DNA of 50,874 nt from assembly GCA_049318725.1 (NCBI GenBank), contig JBMOFU010000001.1:1-50874 (forward strand), written 5' to 3'. The position numbers and the translations under genes are program-made. Within the stretch, counting starts at the first letter, position 1. Each line of letters opens with the position of its first letter. Shown in pieces: positions 29,101 to 37,512 of this stretch. This DNA is from Phototrophicaceae bacterium. Lineage in GTDB: Bacteria; Chloroflexota; Anaerolineae; Aggregatilineales; Phototrophicaceae. Below the pieces are notes generated by a model. That model saw only the letters and a program-made list of their open reading frames with translations. It made no database searches and was not told where the DNA came from.

Positions 29101-29652
29101 TTACGGGATAACAGGCGCAGGCGGTAACAGCGCAATGGAAGCCCCAATCAGGCTCATCACTGCGATGATTGCCGCTAACCAAACGACCAGCGGAACCGTG
29201 CGGCGCGCCGTGCTACGGTTGACCTCTGGCTCTGGCATTGAGTCTTGTAGATACAGTGGAACGGGATTTACCGATAGCCCTTGAATTGCCCATGCTGCAA
29301 AACGGGCTTGGGCGTGCTGTAGGCTAACGATAAGGCACAGCGCATCGGGATAGGCGAACTCGGCAACATCCACCAGCGACGGCAACGGCTCTGTGGTGGG
29401 GTGAGAGTGAAAAATCGCCAGCACTTCTAGCTTTTCTCGTTGAAGCCGCATCAAGGCTTGAATCTGTTGCTGTGGCTCCATGATAAAGCGCTGTTGTGGA
29501 TTTGGCGCGATATTGCCAATGGGGATCACCTCAAGCGCTTGTTGCCCGCGCCCAACGATAAACCCACACACTTCTTGGTCTGGCATTTGGCGGGCTAACG
29601 CGACGATGGAGTGTGCTTGGGCGCGGGTGAGCCAAAGGTAGGGCGGTTTCAT
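29101..29652 (-). CDS. JAMM/MPN+ metalloprotease with a C-terminal TM anchor
   Basis: E (QEVCGF), HSHP, and S..D (PSLVDV) make up the JAMM motif. The C-terminal hydrophobic helix is PLVVWLAAIIAVMSLIGASIALL. Its start shares an ATGA overlap with the upstream gene. Confidence 0.85.
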   Translation of the reverse strand: MKPPYLWLTRAQAHSIVALARQMPDQEVCGFIVGRGQQALEVIPIGNIAPNPQQRFIMEPQQQIQALMRLQREKLEVLAIFHSHPTTEPLPSLVDVAEFAYPDALCLIVSLQHAQARFAAWAIQGLSVNPVPLYLQDSMPEPEVNRSTARRTVPLVVWLAAIIAVMSLIGASIALLPPAPVIP

Positions 29653-30026
29653 GGGGTGTCGGGCGTTTCATCTGGCGCGGCAACTACAAAGCCTTCGACA
29701 AATTCGTCTTGCGGTGGATTGCGTGTCTCATAAAACAACTCTGCTGTGAGCGTATAGACCCCATACGGCGATTCTACGCCCCGTAGGTGCATCGTAAATT
29801 CCATGTGGGTGTGCATGGTTTCGATAATGCTCAATTCGCTCACTACACGGTCTTGCTCGTCGTGAATCGCCAAGAGCAGGTTGGGGCGTTGCAAGAAGGG
29901 GGTCACATCCAATTCAACTTTTACACGAAAGCCATCTTGTAACGGAACAATGCTCACCGATTCGATGCGAATTTCTTCTGCGGGCTTTGGAATTTGCTCA
30001 GGGTCGTTGAAAAAGGTAATGTCCAT
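29649..30026 (-). CDS. Hypothetical 125-aa protein
   Basis: Clean ORF translationally coupled (ATGA) to the JAMM gene. No recognisable family. The beta-rich composition suggests a small sandwich domain. Confidence 0.55.
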   Translation of the reverse strand: MDITFFNDPEQIPKPAEEIRIESVSIVPLQDGFRVKVELDVTPFLQRPNLLLAIHDEQDRVVSELSIIETMHTHMEFTMHLRGVESPYGVYTLTAELFYETRNPPQDEFVEGFVVAAPDETPDTP

Positions 30027-30038
30027 AGTAGGTTAGGT

Positions 30039-30863
30039 TCACTCGTTAAACTGATAGGTGGATTCGGCGTAGTAACGCACTTGCCGATTCAGGAATTTTT
30101 CTTGTAACCACGCTTGTAGATGGTCATTTTTGGCCGTGAGGCTCATCGTTGTATCTTTCAATACTGCCATAGGATAGTTTAACTGCAAAGCGCGGCCATG
30201 TACAATATGGCGGCTGATCCCCGGCGGTAAAAAGGCCTGTTGGCGTGCCGCTTCGACAATATCCTGTGGGTGATAGCCGGGAAAAATCACCAACGCATTG
30301 GCTGTGGGGTAGGAATCCCAAACTTCAACCGGGTCACTGAACGGGGTTCGGTTCAGCCGTGCTTGCCGCTGATAGACTTGTACCACTGCACGTAAGACCG
30401 CATTTTGCGCTTGTATCGTTGGGGCAGGAGCATAAATTGCATATCGCTGTTGATCGGCGGTAATGATGTGTGCAAGCGCGGGTTGATCGTGTTTAGCTTC
30501 CCCCTGATGGATTTCAAGCATTGCCAATTGCCGAAGTTGACGAATGAAAGCGTCGCTGCTCCAGCCGCTGATAACATGGTTCCATGTGGCAAGTTCAACC
30601 TGCCCGTTGATATACGAGGCCACTTGAACCAGAAGGTGCGGAATACCCAATTGGGTGATGGAATAACAACGGTTTGCGCCGTCTAGGATGATGTAGAGGT
30701 CGTCTTCTGTGTGGGCAACAATCGGCGGGTTCGTGATATACTCAGCACGCTGGAGCGTTTCGATCAGCGGCTCGGCGCGTTGGCTGTCGTGTTCCTCATG
30801 GGGCAAGGGGGCAGTTGCGGCGATGATTCGCAAATCTGGAACTGGGATAGGAACATGCTGCAT
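30039..30863 (-). CDS. ParB/Sulfiredoxin-fold (ParB N-terminal-like) protein
   Basis: LPHEEHD...R...L...NPPIV...YIILDGANRCYSITQLGIPHLLVQV resembles the ParB N-terminal/Srx core, with DGANR in place of DGHHR. The ATG at 30863 has a GGAG RBS. Confidence 0.6.
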   Translation of the reverse strand: MQHVPIPVPDLRIIAATAPLPHEEHDSQRAEPLIETLQRAEYITNPPIVAHTEDDLYIILDGANRCYSITQLGIPHLLVQVASYINGQVELATWNHVISGWSSDAFIRQLRQLAMLEIHQGEAKHDQPALAHIITADQQRYAIYAPAPTIQAQNAVLRAVVQVYQRQARLNRTPFSDPVEVWDSYPTANALVIFPGYHPQDIVEAARQQAFLPPGISRHIVHGRALQLNYPMAVLKDTTMSLTAKNDHLQAWLQEKFLNRQVRYYAESTYQFNE

Positions 30864-30916
30864 GGGGCGTCTCCGCTGATGTAAGCGATAGCCAAGTAGG
30901 GTAGCAGTGGGATAGG

Positions 30917-31438
30917 ATGCTGACAATGGGCGCAAAAGAACAAGGGGCAAATGCAACAGAAGGGCGGTGGCTGGTCATCCCCAGAACGCTTTGCTTTGTT
31001 TTTCACGGGGATGAGGTTTTGATGCTCAAACGCGCCCCTCACCGCCGCATTTTTCCCAACCGCTATAATGGGGTGGGCGGGCATTTAGAACGCTTTGAAG
31101 ACCCCAGTGCAGGCGCAATCCGAGAGGTTCTTGAAGAAACTGGCTTAACGGTCTATGGCCTACGCTTGCGAGGCGTCAGCCACATTGACGCTGGCGAATC
31201 TACAGGCATTGTGTTGTACATCTATACGGCCTACAGCCACAGCCGTGAATTCACCGACGATGAACATGAGGGGACGCTACACTGGGTTGCCCGCGATCAG
31301 CTATTGTCATTAGACCTTGTTGAGGATTTGCCCCACATTTTGCCGCGTATCTTGGCCGCGCAAGAAGATACCCCGCCGTTTTCATTTCACCTGAGCTATG
31401 ATGCTCAAGACCAGTTAGCCATTCATTTTACGGAGTGA
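30917..31438 (+). CDS. NUDIX hydrolase
   Basis: Complete Nudix box: GGHLERFEDPSAGAIREVLEETGL. Confidence 0.88.
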   Translation: MLTMGAKEQGANATEGRWLVIPRTLCFVFHGDEVLMLKRAPHRRIFPNRYNGVGGHLERFEDPSAGAIREVLEETGLTVYGLRLRGVSHIDAGESTGIVLYIYTAYSHSREFTDDEHEGTLHWVARDQLLSLDLVEDLPHILPRILAAQEDTPPFSFHLSYDAQDQLAIHFTE

Positions 31439-31442
31439 TGAC

Positions 31443-31877
31443 ATGCTGAACCCGAAACCACTTCCTTCTGAAACAGCAGATGCCCCCCAACGAATTTATA
31501 CCCCTCAAGAAATTCTAGTTCGGCGGGTGTTATTCTGGCTTGGGATCGGGCTTTGGGTCGTGATTTTGCTGATCCCATTTTCGTTTGTTGTATTGGCCGC
31601 ACGCGGGGAGTTTTCGATTGCCTTACCGGGAGATTATCCTGACAACGACCTGCGTGTCTGGATGATTATGGAACGTGATGAGCGCGGCCTTGCGTTTTCT
31701 AGTCCCGCAGTGATTGAACAAACCCCGACAACATTGATTGTAGAAACATCAGTGGGCTATCTTTTGTGGGAGGGGCATTCAGAACCGGGTAACTATTGTA
31801 TGCGCTATAACCGTCTAAACTCAAGTGACCCTTGGCGGTTGGCAGAGACACTTCAAACAAAATGTATAGAAAGATGA
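31443..31877 (+). CDS. Hypothetical single-TM protein
   Basis: TM helix VLFWLGIGLWVVILLIPFSFVVLAA. Starts 4 nt after the NUDIX stop. Confidence 0.55.
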   Translation: MLNPKPLPSETADAPQRIYTPQEILVRRVLFWLGIGLWVVILLIPFSFVVLAARGEFSIALPGDYPDNDLRVWMIMERDERGLAFSSPAVIEQTPTTLIVETSVGYLLWEGHSEPGNYCMRYNRLNSSDPWRLAETLQTKCIER

Positions 31878-31885
31878 GAGAGTTT

Positions 31886-31915
31886 TTGGCAATTTTTCAT
31901 TGAACCGTCTATAAT
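31886..31915 (+). promoter_or_regulatory. Promoter for the ABC ATPase gene
   Basis: TTGGCA (31886-31891), 18-nt spacer, TATAAT (31910-31915). The ~100-nt leader contains an 8-bp hairpin (31928-31935 pairing with 31957-31964). Confidence 0.45.
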
Positions 31916-32013
31916 CTCTCACGTAGAGCAGATTGTTTAATTGCAAATACCTTGTGCAATCTGCCCAATGACGAATTGTGATAACCAAAAAAACGTTTTG
32001 GAGGAACTTCAGC

Positions 32014-33153
32014 GTGGCAAGCGTAACTTTTGACCATGTACGCAAAGCGTATAGCAGCAACAATGTTGTTATCAAAGACCTTAATTTTCATGTAGAAGAT
32101 AAGGAATTCCTTGTCTTAGTTGGCCCCTCTGGTTGTGGTAAGTCAACTAGCCTACGTATGCTGGCAGGGCTTGAAGAAATTTCTGATGGGCGGATCATGA
32201 TTGGTGATCGCGTGGTCAATAATGTCGCCCCCAAAGACCGCGACGTTGCGATGGTGTTCCAAAGCTACGCCTTATACCCTCATATGACGGTATACGACAA
32301 TATGGCCTTTGGTTTGCGTCTTCGTAAAACCCCGAAAACGGTTATTGATGAGCGTGTACACGAAGCTGCCAAGAGTTTGGGGATTGAAAACCTCTTGAAG
32401 CGCCGCCCGCGTGAACTTTCAGGCGGTCAGCGTCAACGTGTGGCTGTAGGCCGCGCCATTGTACGCGAACCCAGCGTGTTCTTGATGGACGAACCGCTTT
32501 CTAACTTGGATGCCAAGCTCCGCGTAGAAGCCCGTTCATTCATCAGCAAGTTGCATCAACGTCTTGAAACCACCTTCGTTTACGTGACCCACGACCAAGT
32601 GGAAGCGATGACGATGGGTACCCGTATTTGCGTGTTGAACGCCGGGGACTTGCAACAACTTGATACCCCGTTTAACTTGTATCACAACCCCTGCAATGTA
32701 TTTGTTGCTGGTTTTATTGGTAGCCCCTCTATGAATTTCTTTGATGCCACTTTGGTGCAAACCGACAGCGGGATTGCCGTTGACACGGGCATCTTCCAAA
32801 TTCCGTTGCCAAAAATTCACGATCACCTGTATAAGAGCTACTTAGGGCGCAGTGTCGTCTTTGGCGTACGTCCAGAAGACATCCATGACCGTGACTACCA
32901 ACCGGCCAGCATTACCCCCGTTGGCATTGAAGCTAACGTAGATGTGGTGGAGCAGATGGGTAACGAGATGATCGTGTACTTTGAAGAAGGTGGCAAAACC
33001 TTCATCGCACGGCTTGACCCACGTACGAAGGCGCGTGTGGGTGGGCGTATGAGCATCATGATTAACGTGGACAACGTTCATATCTTTGATACAGATACTG
33101 AAGTCTCGCTCACTTATGAATTTAAGAAAGAACAAGCTGCTGCTGCTCGTTAG
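32014..33153 (+). CDS. Sugar-type ABC transporter ATP-binding protein (MalK/UgpC/MsiK-like)
   Basis: Walker A (GPSGCGKST), signature (LSGGQRQR), Walker B (FLMDEPLS) and a C-terminal TOBE-like regulatory domain. GTG at 32014 has a GGAGGA RBS. Confidence 0.9.
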   Translation: MASVTFDHVRKAYSSNNVVIKDLNFHVEDKEFLVLVGPSGCGKSTSLRMLAGLEEISDGRIMIGDRVVNNVAPKDRDVAMVFQSYALYPHMTVYDNMAFGLRLRKTPKTVIDERVHEAAKSLGIENLLKRRPRELSGGQRQRVAVGRAIVREPSVFLMDEPLSNLDAKLRVEARSFISKLHQRLETTFVYVTHDQVEAMTMGTRICVLNAGDLQQLDTPFNLYHNPCNVFVAGFIGSPSMNFFDATLVQTDSGIAVDTGIFQIPLPKIHDHLYKSYLGRSVVFGVRPEDIHDRDYQPASITPVGIEANVDVVEQMGNEMIVYFEEGGKTFIARLDPRTKARVGGRMSIMINVDNVHIFDTDTEVSLTYEFKKEQAAAAR

Positions 33154-33177
33154 TCTTTAACCCGCGCAGAACATAAC

Positions 33178-33213
33178 AAAAACGGCCACTTTCAAAGTGG
33201 CCGTTTTTGTTTC
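33178..33213. terminator. Bidirectional intrinsic terminator
   Basis: AAAAACGGCCACT-TTCAA-AGTGGCCGTTTTTGTTT. A 9-bp GC-rich stem flanked by an A-run and a T-run, between convergent genes. Confidence 0.85.
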
Positions 33214-33247
33214 TTCTCAAGTTATAACACTACCTACAAACTGCGCT

Positions 33248-33550
33248 TTAGTGAATCGGCATGACTTTACGGAACTTGTACCCGTAAATAATCATGCCCG
33301 TGTCGCCTTCAGTGGTCAGTTTGCGGGTAACCATTTCTACTGCATCGCCAATTTGTGGCGGTTCATCTAAATCAGTAAGCTGCGCGGTGATGATTGGGCC
33401 TTCATCCAGCTTAATCAGCGCCAATACATAAGGCGCTTGCCATTCGTAGCCAGCAGGGGGTTCTTGCAAGATCGTGAAACTGTAGATTTCTCCCTTGCCC
33501 GAAAACTGGACAACTTCACGATCTTGGGAGGTTTCTGTTTTGTAGGTCAT
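33248..33550 (-). CDS. DUF35 OB-fold protein, C-terminal (OB) part only
   Basis: From ATG 33550: MTYKTETSQDREVVQFSGKGEIYSFTIL...APYVLALIKLDEGPIITAQL...IGDAVEMV, a typical DUF35 OB fold. Located next to thiolase-like and HMGCS genes. Confidence 0.75.
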   Translation of the reverse strand: MTYKTETSQDREVVQFSGKGEIYSFTILQEPPAGYEWQAPYVLALIKLDEGPIITAQLTDLDEPPQIGDAVEMVTRKLTTEGDTGMIIYGYKFRKVMPIH

Positions 33551-33569
33551 AGTTGCTTTTGCGGGTGCT

Positions 33570-33752
33570 TTACGATTGACGAACGGCAGTGACCGCCGCT
33601 GCTTGTTCAACAGAGGTGGTGACCTCATTGTCTAGCGTAATTTGGTTCACGCTTGTGGGGCGGGTTTGTAGGCTCACGGAGCCATCTTCCAAGCGCACAC
33701 CTTGCAGACGATACCGTTGTGGGTTTAGGCGCCAGTGACGAGAAATCTGCAT
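33570..33752 (-). CDS. DUF35 N-terminal segment as a separate 60-aa ORF (zinc-ribbon cysteines absent)
   Basis: MQISRHWRLNPQRYRLQGVR... matches the DUF35 N-terminal W-R...P.RY.L.G motif. An AGGAG RBS lies 9 nt upstream. It is in a different frame from the OB-fold ORF and stops 19 nt before that ORF's ATG. Confidence 0.55.
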   Translation of the reverse strand: MQISRHWRLNPQRYRLQGVRLEDGSVSLQTRPTSVNQITLDNEVTTSVEQAAAVTAVRQS

Positions 33753-33858
33753 GTTGGTACACTCCTATGTGTATTTGTTTGCGTCATCTGAAGAAAACTA
33801 TACGCCCCATTAGCTCTCAAAACCTCTCATGGCAGGTGTTGAGAGCTTTCAAAGCCTA

Positions 33859-35019
33859 TCAGATCACCTGTAGTAGGTGGGTGATTGCCGTTGATGCTAA
33901 CCCGCCTAAGTTTTGGATGAGAGCAACTTGAGCGTTTGCTACCTGATTGGCGCCTGCTTCACCGCGCAGTTGCAATGTGGCCTCAACCGCCTGATAAACC
34001 CCAGTAGCTCCAGCGGGGTTGCCCCGACTTTTAAGCCCGCCCCATGTACTCAAGGGAAGCTTACCCGTTAAAGCAATTGCTTCACCCCCGTTTGTAGCCA
34101 ATTGCCAGCCAGTGCCGCGTTCAGCATATCCGGCGGCTTCTAAGCTGAGGGCAGCAAGGATGGTATAGGCGTCGTGCAACTCGAAAAGGTCTACCGCATC
34201 TGGCGTTAGGTCGGCTTGTTGAAATGCCTTTTGCGTAGAAAGCGCAACTGCCGCTAAAAATAACGGGTCTTTACGGTCGTGTAGGGCAAAGATGTCTGTG
34301 GCAGCTGCACTGCCTACAATTTGGATGGGTTTCGCAACCCGATCTAGTGCGCGTTCCGTTGAGGTTAAAATCACAGCAGCAGCGCCATCCGCATCTGGGG
34401 CGCTATCAAATAGGCTCACTGGATCAGAGATCATTGGGGCTTTAGCAAAGGCGCCAGCCTTTAAGCGATTCCGATACATTGCATTGGGGTTGAGGCTCCC
34501 GTTATGATGGGCGTTCAGGCTAAAGCCTTCAAACGCACTAAGGTCTAGGCCATATTCGTGCATATAGCGGCGCATGAGCATGGCCGCAAGTGCCGTGATA
34601 GATGCGCCGTGTATCGTTTCATAGTCAGCGTCAATACTCACGTTGCGTGCGCGTACTCGTTCAGCGGCAACTGTATCCGTGAGTTTTTCAACCCCTAGCA
34701 CCAATACACTGTCTACAAGGCCAGAGGCAACGGCCAAATAACCGCTTCGTAGCGCTGCCGCGCCAGAGGCGTCGCCTGCCTCAAAACTAAAAGCCTCTAT
34801 GCCAGCAAGCCCGGCAAAGTCTGCGATCAGCGCGCCAATATGCGCTTGACTGCTGACACTTGCACCATAGCCGTTGCCCACATAAAGTGCATCCACGCTT
34901 TCCATGTTGGCATCGGCCATTGCCAAGCCAATAGCCTCCCCAGAAAGGCTACGCAGACCCCGATCCCAATATTCATTAACGGGGGTTTGTCCAACCCCCA
35001 CGATAGCTACATCTCGCAT
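33859..35019 (-). CDS. Thiolase-fold protein (archaeal/SCP2-type) with substituted catalytic positions
   Basis: Full-length similarity to archaeal-type acetoacetyl-CoA thiolases (MRDVAIVGVGQT..., YLAVASG, GVEKLTD, GGLKSRG.PAGATG, QLRGEAG). However it reads GDASG for ACASG, HDAY for HDCF and GNP for GHP. Confidence 0.85.
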   Translation of the reverse strand: MRDVAIVGVGQTPVNEYWDRGLRSLSGEAIGLAMADANMESVDALYVGNGYGASVSSQAHIGALIADFAGLAGIEAFSFEAGDASGAAALRSGYLAVASGLVDSVLVLGVEKLTDTVAAERVRARNVSIDADYETIHGASITALAAMLMRRYMHEYGLDLSAFEGFSLNAHHNGSLNPNAMYRNRLKAGAFAKAPMISDPVSLFDSAPDADGAAAVILTSTERALDRVAKPIQIVGSAAATDIFALHDRKDPLFLAAVALSTQKAFQQADLTPDAVDLFELHDAYTILAALSLEAAGYAERGTGWQLATNGGEAIALTGKLPLSTWGGLKSRGNPAGATGVYQAVEATLQLRGEAGANQVANAQVALIQNLGGLASTAITHLLQVI

Positions 35020-35030
35020 AGTATTTGCGT

Positions 35031-36113
35031 TTAGTCCTTGAGTTTGCCCCGATAACGGGTATACGTTGCATAGTCAATTTCGGTACGGCGGCTGATATAG
35101 TCACGAGTGGTAGGCGCAAGCCCGCGCGTCTGCAAAATACGGTCTGTCACCACAAGGTCAAAACTATCAGAACCGGCACCGCTCCCGTAGCTTACCATAA
35201 GGATGCGATCCCCCGGTTTAGCAATGTCCAGAATTGCAGTTAAGCCAAGCATACACGAGCCAGAATAGACATTGCCGATTTCACCCACCAGCAAGCCGGT
35301 TTGATATTGCTCTGGTTTGAAGCCTAAACTTTCCATTGCGCGGGTCGGGAACTTGAGGTTTGGCTGATGGAAGACAACATAGGTGTAATCTGAAGCCTGC
35401 GTCCCCATCATTGCCAACATGCGCGAAGCAGAGTTTAGCGTGTGGTTAAAGTAGGCAGGTTCCCCCGTGAAGCGGTCACCGTGGCTCGGATAGGGGACAT
35501 CGGCGCGTCGCCAAAAGTCTGGCGTATCGGTCACGTAACTGTAGCTCCCCTGATACACGGCAATGGATTCTTCGGCACGCCCAATGAGGAAGGCCGCGCC
35601 ACCCGACGCCGCTGTATATTCGAGCGCATCGCCCGGTCGCCCCTGTGCGGTATCCATGCCGATGCTAAGGGTATAAGCCCCCATGCCACTACCGACCATC
35701 CCAATAGAGGCTTGTACGGCTTCCGTCCCGGCTTTACAGGCAAATTCCCAGTCGGCAGCCTGAATGCTAGGGGAAGTTCCAATGCTTTCAGCGACAATCG
35801 TGCTAGAAGGCTTTACGGCGTAGGGATGGCTTTCGCTACCTACCCATACAGCACGAATCTTGAGGGGGTCAATTTGGCCGCGTGCTAAGGCATTACGTGC
35901 TGCTTCAACAGACATCGTAATCACGTCTTCGTCAAGGCCAGCGACGGCCTTCTCTTTAATCGGGCTTCCCCCAAGGCCATTTGTCCAAACGCGGGCAACT
36001 TCTTTGCCCGGCAAGCGATAACGGGGGATGTATGCGCCATAGCCGACGATCCCGACGGCGCGGTCTGGGCGTAACAAATCACTGCTGACGTGTCCGTTTG
36101 TATTTTGCATCAT
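35031..36113 (-). CDS. Hydroxymethylglutaryl-CoA synthase, archaeal type
   Basis: [22 protein letters not shown] (Glu), EFACKAGT (Cys), FHQPN (His), GNVYSGS and SYGSGAGSD. The catalytic triad is intact. Confidence 0.9.
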   Translation of the reverse strand: MMQNTNGHVSSDLLRPDRAVGIVGYGAYIPRYRLPGKEVARVWTNGLGGSPIKEKAVAGLDEDVITMSVEAARNALARGQIDPLKIRAVWVGSESHPYAVKPSSTIVAESIGTSPSIQAADWEFACKAGTEAVQASIGMVGSGMGAYTLSIGMDTAQGRPGDALEYTAASGGAAFLIGRAEESIAVYQGSYSYVTDTPDFWRRADVPYPSHGDRFTGEPAYFNHTLNSASRMLAMMGTQASDYTYVVFHQPNLKFPTRAMESLGFKPEQYQTGLLVGEIGNVYSGSCMLGLTAILDIAKPGDRILMVSYGSGAGSDSFDLVVTDRILQTRGLAPTTRDYISRRTEIDYATYTRYRGKLKD

Positions 36114-36120
36114 AATGGTG

Positions 36121-37419
36121 TTATGTCCCTGTTGTGAACTGTTGAACCAACTGTTTCGCCCGTTCTAGGCGGATGTTCCCTTCACTGACCATGTGTTGCA
36201 CAACCTTATCAATCATGGCGCCATTTGCACCGGCGGCAACGGCCAACTGCTTGGCATGAAGGCGCATGTGGCCGTGTTGAATCCCTGTTGTAGCAAGCGC
36301 ACGGATGGCCGCCAAATTTTGCGCCAGCCCCACCGATACGACCACTTCGGCCAACTCGCGGGCAGAGGCGACATTGAGAATCTTGAGCGCTAACGGGGCC
36401 ACTGGATGAACCCGCGTCGTACCGCCCACGATCCCCAACGCCATCGGCAATTCAATGGAGCCGTGTAAATTCCCATCGTCATCTTGCCACCAGCGGGTCA
36501 AACTGGTGTAACGCCCGTTGCGTGCGGCATAGGCGTGCGCGCCAGATTCCACCGCCCGCCAGTCATTGCCAGTCGCAATCACCACCGGATCAATCCCGTT
36601 CATGATACCCTTGTTGTGCGTCGTGGCACGGTAAGGGTCAACTTCAGCAAAGACGCCCGCCTCAACAATCAGTCGGCCAACCGTCACGCCATCAAGCGTT
36701 TCTGTGGCAAGTTGCTCGGCGGGGATCATCCCCTCTGCGCGGGCTTTGCGCTGGTCGGTGAGGTTGCTCAAAATACGCAGGTTGACCCGCCCCCCAATGA
36801 TTTCTTCAATGCGTGGGGTCAGTTGCTCTACAACGGTATTGATGGCGTTTGCGCCCATCGCATCACGGGTATCGTACAGAATGTGAATCACCAGCATGGG
36901 GCCGATGGCAGTATCAGGGAAGGGGCGTACTTGCAAGTCACGCGCACCGCCGCCATACTTGACAATGCTCCCGCCAAGCGTATTGGCCTGTTGCAAAAGT
37001 TCTTGCTTCTGAGCATTGATTGCCCCAGCAGCAGCGTATAAATCTGGCAGGTCTAGCACTTGAATCTGACCAATCATGATCGGCTCATCACTACTGCTGA
37101 CGAACCCGCCACCATCACGGAATAATTTTGCTGCACTGCTCACAGCAGCGACAACGGAGGGTTCCTCAATGACCATTGGGATTAGATAATCTTTTTGGTT
37201 GATGAGAAAGTTGGTTGCCACCGCCAACGGAAGCCCATAAACGCCAATGGCATTTTCAACCATATGATCGGCTTGTTGGGCATTTAACCCAGTGATCCCA
37301 ACGAGGTTCGTCTGCTCAGTGACGCTGAGGTTTGCCCATTGGGCGACAATGGCAGCTCGTTCGGCCAACGACCGCTTATAAAAGCCAGTGATTCGAGAGG
37401 TGTGTTTATTGGTGTCCAT
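36121..37419 (-). CDS. mvaA: HMG-CoA reductase, class II
   Basis: [19 protein letters not shown]-terminus, [30 protein letters not shown] and [11 protein letters not shown]. Confidence 0.92.
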   Translation of the reverse strand: MDTNKHTSRITGFYKRSLAERAAIVAQWANLSVTEQTNLVGITGLNAQQADHMVENAIGVYGLPLAVATNFLINQKDYLIPMVIEEPSVVAAVSSAAKLFRDGGGFVSSSDEPIMIGQIQVLDLPDLYAAAGAINAQKQELLQQANTLGGSIVKYGGGARDLQVRPFPDTAIGPMLVIHILYDTRDAMGANAINTVVEQLTPRIEEIIGGRVNLRILSNLTDQRKARAEGMIPAEQLATETLDGVTVGRLIVEAGVFAEVDPYRATTHNKGIMNGIDPVVIATGNDWRAVESGAHAYAARNGRYTSLTRWWQDDDGNLHGSIELPMALGIVGGTTRVHPVAPLALKILNVASARELAEVVVSVGLAQNLAAIRALATTGIQHGHMRLHAKQLAVAAGANGAMIDKVVQHMVSEGNIRLERAKQLVQQFTTGT

Positions 37420-37512
37420 GAGGGGTACTCTAACATGATGTCCCTTTCAAAAGCTATCAGGCATATCATGATAGTTAAAGAGAGTATCCTTAAGTGTGAG
37501 TGAGGTGAACTT

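Noticed and set aside
36484-37041. 185-aa plus-strand ORF. Similar long antisense ORFs occur at 23569..24072, 50075..50593, 19722..20159 and 25900..26301.
   Set aside because: Each lies wholly or largely opposite a confidently identified conserved gene (HMGR, pyk, hemW, the GNAT gene, nifS). They have Arg/Ser/Pro-rich composition typical of antisense frames and no RBS.
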